This document shows positions 40,203-51,661 of a stretch of DNA of 64,000 bases, piece by piece. Numbering within the stretch: the first letter of the stretch is position 1; each line of letters starts with the position of its first letter. The DNA is from an uncultured Myxococcales bacterium (GTDB lineage Bacteria > Myxococcota_A > UBA9042 > DTJE01), in assembly GCA_903847405.1 (NCBI GenBank), contig CAINDP010000142.1:389-64388 (forward strand), written 5' to 3'. A program made the position numbers and the translations under genes. The notes beneath the pieces are model-generated. The model did not search any database. It was given only the letters and a program-made list of their open reading frames with translations, and was not told the origin of the DNA.

Positions 40203-41498
40203 ATGCACGAAGCCCGCCAGCCCGAACGGCCCCGCACCCCCTGGGTCGCATCGACCTACTTCGCCGAAGGCCTGCCCTACATGCTGGTCCGGTACCTGGC
40301 GGGCGTCTACCTGACCGACATCGGCGTGAAGGAGTCCTACCTCGGCTTCGTGAACTTCCTGGGCATCCCCTGGAACCTCAAGTTCCTGTGGGCGCCCGCC
40401 GTCGACCTCTTCGGCACCAAGCGCGGCTGGCTGCTGAAGGTGCAGGCGACCCTCGTCGTGGGCACCCTGGCCCTGGCCCTCCTGGCCGCCTTCGGCCCCC
40501 TCGTCGTACCTCCCGGCGCCACCAGCCTCGAAGGCCTCGAAGGAGCCTGGGCCCTCCGGGGCTTGCTGGCCGTCCTGGTCGCGATGGCGTTCATCGCCGC
40601 GACCCACGACGTCACCATCGACGGCTACTACATGGAAGTCATCCAGAACCCGGCCGAGCAGGCGGCCTACACGGGCCTCCGCGTCCTGTGCTATCGCCTG
40701 GCGGTCGTCTTCGCCAAGTCCGTCCTGGTCGCCGCCGCCGGCGTGTGGGCCTGGTCCGGCGCCTTCGTCTGCGGCGCCGCGACCCTCGCGCTGCTGCTGG
40801 CCTTCCACTCCTGGTACCTGCCCCGGGTCGAAACCGCGCCTGCGGTCAAGCGGGACGGCGCCGAGGTCCTCCGGCAGTACGGGCACGCCTTCACGTCCTG
40901 GCTCCGGCAGGACCGCGTAGGCATCGCGCTGCTCTTCATCGTGACGTACAAGCTGGGCGACGAGATCCTGTTCAGCATGAACACGCCCTTCCTCCTCCGG
41001 GAACTGGGCGTGTCCAAGGTCCAGTTGTCCTGGGTCGCCGGCGTCGTCGGAACGGCGGCCTCCATCGCGGGTTCGCTGGTCTCGGCATGGGCGATCAAGC
41101 GCATGGGCCTCAAGCGCGCGATCTGGCCCCTCACGCTGGCCATGAACCTGAACATCTGGGCCTACGTGTGGCTGGCGGACACGCTGCCGGACCCCACGAC
41201 GAACCTGGGCATCGGCATCATCGCCGCGGTGCACGCCTACGAGCAGTTCGCCGCGGGCCTGGGAAACGCCGTGCTGGTGGTCTACATCATGCGGACGTGC
41301 AATCCCGACTTCAAGGCGGCGCACTACGCCATCGCCAGCGCCATCTCGTCGGTGGGTTCGTCCCTGTTCGGAGGGTTCGGCGGCGTGATCGTCGAGTCCA
41401 CCAGTTACGTGCACCTGTTCGTGCTGTCGTTCGTCCTGGCCCTGCCGTCGATGGTCTGCCTGCTGTTCCTGCGGATTCCGGACGAGCGGAAAACGTAG
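40203..41498 (+). CDS. ampG: AmpG-family MFS permease (muropeptide transporter-like)
   Basis: 12-TM MFS protein with YFAEGLPY...LGIPWNLKFLWAPAVD signature typical of AmpG permeases. Confidence 0.7.
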   Translation: MHEARQPERPRTPWVASTYFAEGLPYMLVRYLAGVYLTDIGVKESYLGFVNFLGIPWNLKFLWAPAVDLFGTKRGWLLKVQATLVVGTLALALLAAFGPLVVPPGATSLEGLEGAWALRGLLAVLVAMAFIAATHDVTIDGYYMEVIQNPAEQAAYTGLRVLCYRLAVVFAKSVLVAAAGVWAWSGAFVCGAATLALLLAFHSWYLPRVETAPAVKRDGAEVLRQYGHAFTSWLRQDRVGIALLFIVTYKLGDEILFSMNTPFLLRELGVSKVQLSWVAGVVGTAASIAGSLVSAWAIKRMGLKRAIWPLTLAMNLNIWAYVWLADTLPDPTTNLGIGIIAAVHAYEQFAAGLGNAVLVVYIMRTCNPDFKAAHYAIASAISSVGSSLFGGFGGVIVESTSYVHLFVLSFVLALPSMVCLLFLRIPDERKT

Positions 41499-41518
41499 GC
41501 GCCACCGAAAGAACCAAT

Positions 41519-41596
41519 CGTACCCGTACCCGAGCCCGTACCCGTGACCGCCGGGGCCGCCGGGATCGGGCACGGCGGGGACGGGTACGGGTACGG
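41519..41596. repeat. long inverted repeat with (CCCGTA)n/(GGGTAC)n arms between convergent genes; probable bidirectional terminator or REP-like element
   Basis: cgtacccgtaccc (41519-41531) pairs perfectly with gggtacgggtacg (41584-41596). The inner region is GC-rich and partly self-complementary. Lies between the ampG stop (41498) and the OMP stop (41613). Confidence 0.55.
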
Positions 41597-41612
41597 TAAC
41601 GCCCTCTGGGCG

Positions 41613-42914
41613 TTAGAAGACGTGCCCCATATCCACGTAGATGCCGATCGGGATGCCGATGGCCGCCGAATCCGGCGAGTACGCAAAGTCGAACCGTGCG
41701 ACGACCGTTTCGCCGACCTGGACCCGCACCCCGACGCCCGCGCCCCACTTGATCCCGGCCGCGGTCCCGTCCAGTTCCGGCGCCCGGCCGTACCCCGCCC
41801 AGACCCGTCCCGCGTCGGCCAGCAGCAGGGCCCCCACGCGAAACCGTTCGCCCAGCATGTGGAACGTCCAGAAGGTCGACCGCAGCTCGATGTCGCCGCC
41901 GATCTTGACCTTGCCGTGGTACCGGCCCTCGGGAACGCCCCGGAAGCCGTCCCGACCGCCCGGGTACTCGCGATTCTCGAAGGACGACGCCCGCGACAGT
42001 TCGTAGAACGGCACGTTTCCGAACAGCAGGTCCGCGAACAGCCGACTGGCCACCACCAGGTATTCGCCATACAACGGCACGTAGGCGCGACCGTCCAGCG
42101 TCGCTCCGCCGTAGTTCAGGTCGTTCCCCAGGCCCGGGGACGCCCGCACCTGCGCCTCGCAGAAGAATCCCTTCGAGGGCACGTACTCGTGGTTCCGCGT
42201 GTCGTAGGTGATGCCCGCCGCAGCCTGCAGCGCCACGTGATCCTGCAGGCCGTACAGCCGGTTCCGGTCCTTCCACAGGGCGCTGCCGGGGTACACGTCC
42301 GACCGCTCCCACAGGAAGCGCACCCCCGTCATCAGGAACAGGCCCTCGCCCAGGCGGTACCGGGCGTTCGCGCGCACCAGGGGTTCGTACTGCCGGTACT
42401 GGTACCGCTGGCGGTTCATCGACACCGTGGGATATGACGCCGGTTCCGTGGACGCGGCCTGGTACCGGCTGGCGTTGCCCAGGCCGTAGTACCCGGCGTT
42501 GTTCCGCTGGTTGTACTCGGCGGACACGAACAGGCGCAGGCGGCCCCCGGCCATCCCGGGAAGGTCCAGCCGCAGGAAGTCCATGTGGACCGGCAGGTAC
42601 AGGCCGCGACCGTCCCACCACTTCAGGCTCATCGCGATCTGCGCCTGCACCCGGTACCGGTACGGCGTGTACTTCGGGTCGTACTGGGCCACCACGGTCT
42701 GGACGCCCAGCATCAGCCCCATGTCGGTGTTGCCGCCGACGGCGGGCAGGGGCGCCCACTCCAGGCGGTTCGGGTCCCGGGCTTCCTTCTTCGCCGCGGC
42801 TTCGACGACCGGCGCGGCCGATACCGGCACCGATTCGACGGCGCCGGCGTCTGCCGACATCGCCAGGATCGCAACAATCGCCAGGGTTCTGCGCACCGTC
42901 ACATCCACTCGCAA
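41613..42914 (-). CDS. outer-membrane beta-barrel protein with Omp85/surface-antigen-D15-like C-terminal region
   Basis: Signal peptide (RRTLAIVAILAMSADAGA). Alternating amphipathic beta-strand pattern. C-terminal ...GGRDGFRGVPEGRY...GIYVDMGHVF ending in Phe. The track start is TTG; a GTG six codons downstream is an alternative. Confidence 0.6.
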   Translation of the reverse strand: MRVDVTVRRTLAIVAILAMSADAGAVESVPVSAAPVVEAAAKKEARDPNRLEWAPLPAVGGNTDMGLMLGVQTVVAQYDPKYTPYRYRVQAQIAMSLKWWDGRGLYLPVHMDFLRLDLPGMAGGRLRLFVSAEYNQRNNAGYYGLGNASRYQAASTEPASYPTVSMNRQRYQYRQYEPLVRANARYRLGEGLFLMTGVRFLWERSDVYPGSALWKDRNRLYGLQDHVALQAAAGITYDTRNHEYVPSKGFFCEAQVRASPGLGNDLNYGGATLDGRAYVPLYGEYLVVASRLFADLLFGNVPFYELSRASSFENREYPGGRDGFRGVPEGRYHGKVKIGGDIELRSTFWTFHMLGERFRVGALLLADAGRVWAGYGRAPELDGTAAGIKWGAGVGVRVQVGETVVARFDFAYSPDSAAIGIPIGIYVDMGHVF

Positions 42915-43086
42915 GGCCGGCCGGTCGCGGCCCGCCTAGACTACCGGCGGCACCCGGCGTGTCAAGGCGCAACGCCCCGTCCCACCGGGGTTTGAGCCCA
43001 CCCGAAACTTTATTTTCGCACCCGTCGATCCTTTTCGCCGCTCCTCCGTCTGTTGCCGGGTTGTCCATCCCATCACCCAGGAGGTC

Positions 43087-45657
43087 ATGATGAATCCCAC
43101 GATCGTTCGCATCCCCTTCCGCTTCGTCCTCGGGTCGGTTCTGGTCCTGCTGCTCGCTGCGTCCCGTCCCATCGGCGCCGCCCCCCTCGCCCCGGAGGCG
43201 CCCGGCACCGGCACCCTCGTCGGCCGCGACGCCGACGGCAAGACCGTGGACTTCCCCCTCCGGCACACGGACGTCCGGATCGAGGTGTCGGGCTTCCTGG
43301 CCCGCGCCCAGGTGACCCAGGAGTTCGCCAACCCCTACGACCGGCGAATCGAGGCCGTCTACGTCTTTCCGCTGCCGGAAAACGCCGCCGTGGACGACAT
43401 GACCCTCGTGGTCGGCGGCCGGACCATCCGGGGCGTCATCCGCGAGCGGGGCGAGGCCCGCCGGGTGTACGAACAGGCCCGGGCGAACGGCCAGACCGCC
43501 GCACTCCTGGAGCAGGAACGCCCCAACATCTTCACGCAGTCGGTCGCGAACCTGCTGCCGGGCGACGACGTGAAGATCACCATCACGTACGTCCAGACGA
43601 TCAAGTACGAGGCCGGAAGCCTGTCCCTGTCGTTCCCGATGGTGGTGGGCCCGCGCTACATCCCCGGCCACGTGACGACCCCCGAGGGGGACGCGATCCC
43701 CGTCACTCCCCGCGCCGCCTGCGTCCCGGACGCCGATCGCATCACCCCGCCGGTCAACAGCCCCGGCACCCGCTCGGGCCACGACGTGTCGATCGACGTC
43801 CAACTGGAAGCCGGGGTGCCCTACACGAACCTGCGGTCGAAGTCCCACGCCATCGAGGACCGCCGCATCGGCCCGACCTCCGCCGCGATCCGGCTGGCCG
43901 AGGGCGACGCCATCCCCAACCAGGACTTCGTGCTGGAATGGGACGTCCGCCCCGAGCGCGTGGCCGCCGGGATGCTGGCCCACCGGGAGGACGGCGACGG
44001 CTTCTTCACCCTGATGCTGGTCCCCGCGCCGTCGCCCCGTGCCGCCGACGTCACCCCGAAGGAAATGGTCTTCGTGCTGGACTGCTCCGGGTCGATGTCC
44101 GGCATGCCCATCGAGGCGTCGAAGTCCCTGGTCCGCCACGCCCTGGGCCACCTGAACCCGGGCGACACGTTCCAGATCCTGTCGTTTTCCATGACCGCGT
44201 CCGGCATGTCCCCGACGCCCCTGGCCAACACCCCCGCCAACATCGCCCGGGGCCTCGCCTACCTCGACACGCTGCACGGCGAGGGAGGCACCGAGATGAT
44301 CCAGGGCATCCGGGCCGCCCTGGCGGGCGGTAGTGACGACCGCCGCCTGCGTGTGGTCCTGTTCCTGACCGACGGCTACATCGGCAACGAGACCGAAATC
44401 CTGTCCGAGGTGCGGAACCGCGTCGGCGATGCCCGGCTGTACTCCCTGGGCGTCGGCACCTCCGTGAACCGCTACCTGCTGGAAAACCTGGCCCTGGAGG
44501 GCCGGGGCCAGGTTCTGTACCTCCGGCCCGGCGAGGATCCCGCGCCCGCCATCGCCCGGTTCTACGACCAGGTCCGCAGCCCGGTGATGACCCGCCTGTC
44601 CATCGACTGGGGCGGCCTGGACGTCGTGGACGCCTGGCCGGCGACGCCCCCCGACCTGTTCGCCGGCCATCCACTGCTGGTCACCGCCCGCTACCGGACC
44701 GCGGGCACGGCCACCGTCCGCGTCACGGGCCTCATCGCCGGCGAGCGGGTGTCGATCCCCGTCGCCGTGGCCCTGCCCGACCGCCAGGCGGCCAACCCCG
44801 CCCTGCGCAGCCTGTGGGCACGCCAGGCCATCGAAGGCCGCATGCGCAAGATGCTGCAGGGCGAGGTGCCCGACCTGGTCCGGCAGGTCATCGCGCTGTC
44901 GGTCGGCAACCGCGTCCTGTCGCAGTACACCGCCTTCGTGGCGGTCGAGGAGAAGGCCCGCACGAACGAACGCGGCGATCCGGTGAAGGTCGAGGTCCCC
45001 GTCGAGATGCCGAAGGACGTGTCCTTTGAAGGCGTGTTCGGGGATGCCGAGGAGCAGGCGGCCGCCCCGCAGTCGAACGCCCTGATGTCGCGCATGGCCC
45101 CGATGAAGGCGGCGCGCATGATGGCCGCCCCGTCGTCCCCGCCGCCGTCGGCGGCCATGGGTTCCGTCGGGTACGGTACCGGCGGCGGCGGCGCGACGGG
45201 CGGGTACGGCCGCGTGTACGGCCTCGGAAAGGCCTCCACCGCCGTCGCGTCGCTCGCGGATTCCGCCCGGGAGAAGAAGGCCGAGTCGAACCGGCCCCCC
45301 TCGGCCGTCGTGCAGGGGACGGCCTCTGGTGACGCGACCGCCGGCCTGCGCACCTCCGCCGGCCCCACGCTCCACGTCCAGCGGGCCGCGGGGCTCGGGA
45401 AGCCGGTCCTCGACGCGTTCCAGGCACGCCTGAAGGTCGCCCTGGCGTCGATCGCGAACGCCATGAAGGGGTCCACCGCGGTGCTGAAGGTGTCCGTCGA
45501 CGCGAAGGGCGGCCTGCACGTGACGGCCATCGAAGGGATGGCCGATGCGCCGCGGAACAAGGAGCGGTTGAAGAAGGCCCTGCAGGCGGCCGGGCTCTGG
45601 GCCACGGCACCGGCGAAGGCCCCGACCGGGACGGCCGACCTCAAGGTGACGTTCTAG
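43087..45657 (+). CDS. secreted VIT domain plus von Willebrand factor A domain protein with Gly/Ala/Pro-rich C-terminal region
   Basis: Signal peptide. VIT domain (residues ~40-170). vWA with MIDAS DCSGSM...TDG. 856 aa. Confidence 0.8.
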   Translation: MMNPTIVRIPFRFVLGSVLVLLLAASRPIGAAPLAPEAPGTGTLVGRDADGKTVDFPLRHTDVRIEVSGFLARAQVTQEFANPYDRRIEAVYVFPLPENAAVDDMTLVVGGRTIRGVIRERGEARRVYEQARANGQTAALLEQERPNIFTQSVANLLPGDDVKITITYVQTIKYEAGSLSLSFPMVVGPRYIPGHVTTPEGDAIPVTPRAACVPDADRITPPVNSPGTRSGHDVSIDVQLEAGVPYTNLRSKSHAIEDRRIGPTSAAIRLAEGDAIPNQDFVLEWDVRPERVAAGMLAHREDGDGFFTLMLVPAPSPRAADVTPKEMVFVLDCSGSMSGMPIEASKSLVRHALGHLNPGDTFQILSFSMTASGMSPTPLANTPANIARGLAYLDTLHGEGGTEMIQGIRAALAGGSDDRRLRVVLFLTDGYIGNETEILSEVRNRVGDARLYSLGVGTSVNRYLLENLALEGRGQVLYLRPGEDPAPAIARFYDQVRSPVMTRLSIDWGGLDVVDAWPATPPDLFAGHPLLVTARYRTAGTATVRVTGLIAGERVSIPVAVALPDRQAANPALRSLWARQAIEGRMRKMLQGEVPDLVRQVIALSVGNRVLSQYTAFVAVEEKARTNERGDPVKVEVPVEMPKDVSFEGVFGDAEEQAAAPQSNALMSRMAPMKAARMMAAPSSPPPSAAMGSVGYGTGGGGATGGYGRVYGLGKASTAVASLADSAREKKAESNRPPSAVVQGTASGDATAGLRTSAGPTLHVQRAAGLGKPVLDAFQARLKVALASIANAMKGSTAVLKVSVDAKGGLHVTAIEGMADAPRNKERLKKALQAAGLWATAPAKAPTGTADLKVTF

Positions 45658-45697
45658 GGTTCCCCCGCACGCCCCCCGATCGGTCACGCCCTTCCGA

Positions 45698-46036
45698 CTA
45701 CGGCCAGGACAGCGTCTTGCCGGCCAGGACGTGCACGTGCAGGTGATGCACCGACTGGCCCGCGTCCGCCCCGGTGTTGACGATGGTACGGTAGCCGCGC
45801 GCCTGGAATCCCGCGTCGTGCGCCACCCGGCGGGCAGCCAGCATCAACCGCCCCAGCAGGGCAGCGTCGGCTTCGGTGGATTCGGCGAGGGAGGCCAGGT
45901 GGACACGGGGAATCACCAGGACGTGGAACGGCGCCACCGGGTGGATGTCCCGGAAAGCCACCACGTCCTCGTCCTGGTAGACGATTGTCGCGGGGATCAG
46001 GCCTGAAGCAATGCTGCAGAAGATGCAGCCTTGCAT
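45698..46036 (-). CDS. HIT family (histidine triad) nucleotide-binding protein
   Basis: 112 aa, CIFCSI...HHLHVHVL histidine triad. Confidence 0.9.
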   Translation of the reverse strand: MQGCIFCSIASGLIPATIVYQDEDVVAFRDIHPVAPFHVLVIPRVHLASLAESTEADAALLGRLMLAARRVAHDAGFQARGYRTIVNTGADAGQSVHHLHVHVLAGKTLSWP

Positions 46037-46038
46037 GG

Positions 46039-46137
46039 CTACTTCTTGACGGGCAGGCGCTTCTTGGCGTCGCGCGCCTTCTTCTTCGCCTGACGGATCC
46101 GGGGACCACGAACACGACTGACCGACTTCTTGCCCAC
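46039..46137 (-). CDS. putative 32-aa highly basic peptide (ribosomal-protein-like composition), translationally coupled to the HIT gene
   Basis: GTG start preceded by GGAGG at 7-nt spacing. Sequence VGKKSVSRVRGPRIRQAKKKARDAKKRLPVKK (13 Lys/Arg of 32). Stop TAG 2 nt before the HIT ATG. Confidence 0.4.
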   Translation of the reverse strand: MGKKSVSRVRGPRIRQAKKKARDAKKRLPVKK

Positions 46138-46202
46138 GAAAACACCTCCGAAAGCCCCGCGTCCGGCGGGGGCGCGAAAGATAGCAGAAAGCGGAACGAC
46201 AG

Positions 46203-46628
46203 TCACTCTTTTCGCGAGGGCGCCTGAGGCGGGGTCGCTTCGACCAGTTCCACCAGCACGCCGTTCACGGAACGCGGGTTCAGGAAGGCCACGCGCGATC
46301 CGCCGGCGCCGGCCTGCCCTGCCCCGGGGACCGCGATCGCGCCAGCGGCCGTCGCCGTTTCCAGCGCCGCCCCGACGTCCTCCACGGCGAAGGCCACGTG
46401 GTGCAACCCCTCGCCACGCCGCTCCAGGAACCGCGACACCTCGGAGGTGTCGGCCGTCGGCTGGACCAGTTCGATCCGCGTGTCCCCCGCGCGCAGCATC
46501 GCCACGCGCACCTGGCGCGCGGGGATTTCCTCGATGCCGAGCAGTTCCAGGCCCAGCCCGTCGCGCCACACCCGCAGCGCCCCTTCCAGGTCGCGAACGC
46601 AGATCGCCACGTGATCCAAGCGTTTCAT
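46203..46628 (-). CDS. VOC-family protein, methylmalonyl-CoA epimerase-like
   Basis: 141 aa with HVAICVRDL and GLHHVAFAVEDV glyoxalase/VOC metal-binding motifs. ATG at 46628. Confidence 0.8.
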   Translation of the reverse strand: MKRLDHVAICVRDLEGALRVWRDGLGLELLGIEEIPARQVRVAMLRAGDTRIELVQPTADTSEVSRFLERRGEGLHHVAFAVEDVGAALETATAAGAIAVPGAGQAGAGGSRVAFLNPRSVNGVLVELVEATPPQAPSRKE

Positions 46629-46693
46629 GGGGGCCTCGGGATTTGGGGGGAGAGGGAAGGAACGCGGGGAGGCGGCAACCGATCGGGACGCGC

Positions 46694-46728
46694 GGGCCGG
46701 GGTCGCCATCAACGGCGCGCCCCGGCCC
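46694..46728 (-). terminator. candidate GC-rich stem-loop terminator downstream of groEL
   Basis: GGGCCGGGG...CCCCGGCCC 9-bp stem 14 nt after the groEL stop. No T-tract, as is common in high-GC genomes. Confidence 0.35.
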
Positions 46729-46741
46729 GCACGGTCGCGAT

Positions 46742-48740
<1,999 letters not shown>

Positions 48741-48805
48741 GTCGTTCCTCCTAGATGCTGTGTCCGACAACCCGGGCCTGACGGTTCCGTCGGCCCAAAC
48801 CAGAC

Positions 48806-48829
48806 CCGCAGGCGGAATCTCGCCTGCGG
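48806..48829 (-). terminator. hairpin between the Ser/Thr kinase stop and groES (CGCAGGCG-n6-CGCCTGCG), possible terminator or groES leader structure
   Basis: 8-bp perfect inverted repeat. On the minus strand it is followed by GGTCTGGTTTGG. Confidence 0.35.
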
Positions 48830-48854
48830 TCCTCATCCGCGGGTCAATTTGTAA

Positions 48855-49883
48855 TCATGGTTTCCGGAAGCGCAAGGGGAGCAGCCTCGCCAGACGGCCT
48901 CCCTTCTCGGGTTCGGACGGCTGCGCGGGGGGACGTGCGGCCGGAACCGAGTTCCCCGGGGCCCGTGCCAGCGCCAGGGCCGCCACGTCCCGGGTGGCGC
49001 CGACGATCGGCAGAACGGCGTCCAGCAGCGCCTGGCGGAACTCGGCCACCGACGCGTACCGCTCGCGCGGCTCGCGGGCCAGGGCCTTCTGGACCACCGC
49101 CTCCAGCGATTCCGGAATGTCGGGGTTCAGGGTCCCGACGCGGTAGGTCGGGATCGGCTTTTCCGACAGAAGGTACTGGACGTAGGAATCGGGGGTCGTG
49201 TCCTTGAGGTGCAGCGCGCGCACGCCGCACAGCACCTCGTAGGCGACCGCACCCAGGCTGTAGATGTCCGACAGGTCGCTGGTCACGCCCGTGCGGGCGG
49301 TTTCCGGCGCGACGAAGGGCGGGCTGCCGATCGACAGGGGCCGGGTCGGGCTGACCACGGGATCCTTTTCGTAGGCGGGGCGCGCGCTGCCCAGGTCCAG
49401 CACCCGCACCCGGGTGCCCACGCCCGGGATCTGCTCCAGCACGATGTTCCCGGTCTTGATGTCCCGGTGGATGATGTCCCGGGCGTGCAGTTCCGCGACG
49501 GAGTCGAGGACCGCGTCCAGGACCAGCGCGGCGGTGGGCAGCGCCAGGGGGCCGCCCTCGCGGATCGTGGCGTCCAGCGTCCGTCCGACGACCAGTTCCA
49601 TCGCGAAATAGGGGAGACCCGCGGGCGTCGTGCCCGTGCGCAGGATGCGCGGGAAGCACGGGCTGCGCAGCAAGGCCAGGAACGCCGCCTCGCGCTTCAG
49701 CCCGGCCACGGCCGCCACCTGGTCGCCGTGCATCGCGTGCAGCACCTTCAGGGCGACCTTGCGCCGGCCCACGCTCAACTGCTCGGCAAGGTAGATCCGG
49801 CCATACCCGCCGAACCCGATCTGGCGGACCACCCGAAAATCGTCCCCGAGAATCGTGTCAAGCAGTGGGTCGTTTTCGCTCAC
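48855..49883 (-). CDS. serine/threonine protein kinase (Hanks-type)
   Basis: GTG start. Gly loop GFGGYGRIY, VALK, HRDIKTGN catalytic loop, DLG, APE motifs. 342 aa, kinase domain only plus short tail. Confidence 0.9.
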   Translation of the reverse strand: MSENDPLLDTILGDDFRVVRQIGFGGYGRIYLAEQLSVGRRKVALKVLHAMHGDQVAAVAGLKREAAFLALLRSPCFPRILRTGTTPAGLPYFAMELVVGRTLDATIREGGPLALPTAALVLDAVLDSVAELHARDIIHRDIKTGNIVLEQIPGVGTRVRVLDLGSARPAYEKDPVVSPTRPLSIGSPPFVAPETARTGVTSDLSDIYSLGAVAYEVLCGVRALHLKDTTPDSYVQYLLSEKPIPTYRVGTLNPDIPESLEAVVQKALAREPRERYASVAEFRQALLDAVLPIVGATRDVAALALARAPGNSVPAARPPAQPSEPEKGGRLARLLPLRFRKP

Positions 49884-49952
49884 GGGCAGTAGTGTAGAAC
49901 CGGTGGGCTTCGGGAAGCAATATCTCCCTGCACGCGGGGAAGCGGAGGTCGA

Positions 49953-51029
49953 TTGACGCGGGGCCGCCCGATGGTCTATTCTCCGCGCCCGATGGGGACG
50001 CTAACGTATAAAGATGCCGGGGTCGACGCAGACGCGCAGGATCACTTCGCGGACGCTATTGGCCGAATGGTATCGGGCAGCCGGGGGCCCGAGGTCGTTG
50101 CAGGGATCGGTGGTTTCGCCGCGGCGGTTGCGCCCGACTTCACGGGGATGACGCGTCCCCTGCTCGTTTCCGGCACCGACGGTGTCGGGACCAAGCTGAA
50201 ACTGGCGTTCGCGACGGGGATCCACAACACGGTCGGCATCGATCTCGTTGCCATGTGCGCCAACGACGTCCTGACCACCGGGGCCCGGCCGCTGTTCTTC
50301 CTGGACTATTTCGGCACCGGTCGGCTGCAGCCCGGCGTTGCCCTCGGCGTGATCGAGGGGATCGTCGAGGGGTGCCGGCAGGCCGGGTGTTCCCTGGTGG
50401 GCGGCGAAACGGCCGAACTGCCGGGCTTCTACGCGCCGGGCGAATACGACCTCGCAGGCTTCTGCGTGGGCATCGTGGACCAGCCGAAGATGCTGACGGG
50501 CGCTGCATGCCGCGAAGGCGACGTGCTGATCGGCCTGGCGTCGTCGGGCGTGCACTCGAACGGCTTCTCGCTGGTCCGTCGCGTCGTCGAGGCGCGCGGC
50601 CTGTCCCTGCAGCGCACCTACGAGGGCTTCGACCGCACGCTGGGCGAGGTCCTGCTGACCCCGACCTTCATGTACGTCAACGCCTGGAAGGCCCTGGAAG
50701 GCCGCTTCGACGTGCACGCCATGGCCCACATCACGGGCGGCGGCATCGACGGCAACCTCCCGCGGGTGATCCCGGAAGGCCTGCACCCGATCGTGTCCCG
50801 GGCCTCGATCCCGACGCCGCCGATCTACCGGTTCCTGCAGAACGAAGGCGGCGAGCCGCGGATCGACGACGCCGACATGTGGTCCGTGTTCAACATGGGC
50901 GTCGGCTTCGTGTTCGCCGTGGCGCCCGGTGACGCCGAGGCTGCGACCCAGGCCCTGGCGGACGCCGGCTACCAGCCGTTCCGCCTGGGAACGCTGGCGG
51001 CCGGTTCCGGCGTGGTGGAGTGGACGTGA
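49953..51029 (+). CDS. purM: phosphoribosylformylglycinamidine cyclo-ligase (AIR synthase)
   Basis: PurM N and C domains (YKDAGVD...GGFAA...DGVGTK). TTG at 49953 after GGAGG. By homology the functional start could be the ATG at 49992 (MGTLTYKDAGVD). Confidence 0.9.
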   Translation: MTRGRPMVYSPRPMGTLTYKDAGVDADAQDHFADAIGRMVSGSRGPEVVAGIGGFAAAVAPDFTGMTRPLLVSGTDGVGTKLKLAFATGIHNTVGIDLVAMCANDVLTTGARPLFFLDYFGTGRLQPGVALGVIEGIVEGCRQAGCSLVGGETAELPGFYAPGEYDLAGFCVGIVDQPKMLTGAACREGDVLIGLASSGVHSNGFSLVRRVVEARGLSLQRTYEGFDRTLGEVLLTPTFMYVNAWKALEGRFDVHAMAHITGGGIDGNLPRVIPEGLHPIVSRASIPTPPIYRFLQNEGGEPRIDDADMWSVFNMGVGFVFAVAPGDAEAATQALADAGYQPFRLGTLAAGSGVVEWT

Positions 51030-51661
51030 GCGAGTCCCGACGCGTGCCCATCGCCATCCTGCTGTCGGGTCGCGGCACCAACATGGTGTCGCTGGTCCGT
51101 GCCGCCGGGGATGGCCGCCTGCACGCCGACGTGCGCGTCGTCGTCAGCAACAAGGCCGACGCCGGGGGCCTCCTGCTGGCCGCCGAACTGGGCATCCCGA
51201 CCCTGGTGCTGAACCACCGTGATTTCCCGACCCGCGAGGCCTTCGATTCTGCACTGGCCGATGCGCTGGACCAGCGCGGGGTCGAATTCGTGGCCCTCGC
51301 CGGCTTCATGCGCGTGCTGACGCCGACGTTCCTGAACCGCTTCCCGCGGCGCGTGATCAACATCCACCCTGCCCTGCTGCCGTCGTTCCCCGGCATCCAT
51401 GCCCAGGCACAGGCGTTGGGCTACGGCGCGCGGATCACGGGCTGCACCGTCCACTTCGTCGACGAGGGCACGGACACGGGCCCCGTCATCGCCCAGGTGG
51501 CCGTCCAGATCCGGGACGAGGACGACGAGGACACCCTCTCGGCCCGCATCCTGCAGCAGGAAAACCTCCTGTACCCGCAGGCCCTGGACGACGTCCTCTG
51601 CGGCCGTCTGCGCTTCGAGGGCCGGCGCGTTCTGCGCGCCCGGGAGGCAACCGGATGCTGA
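51020..51661 (+). CDS. purN: phosphoribosylglycinamide formyltransferase
   Basis: ILLSGRGTN...N(x)HPALLP...formyltransferase motifs. Start ambiguous among the GTGs at 51020, 51026 (GTGA overlap with purM) and 51044. Confidence 0.88.
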   Translation: MDVSESRRVPIAILLSGRGTNMVSLVRAAGDGRLHADVRVVVSNKADAGGLLLAAELGIPTLVLNHRDFPTREAFDSALADALDQRGVEFVALAGFMRVLTPTFLNRFPRRVINIHPALLPSFPGIHAQAQALGYGARITGCTVHFVDEGTDTGPVIAQVAVQIRDEDDEDTLSARILQQENLLYPQALDDVLCGRLRFEGRRVLRAREATGC

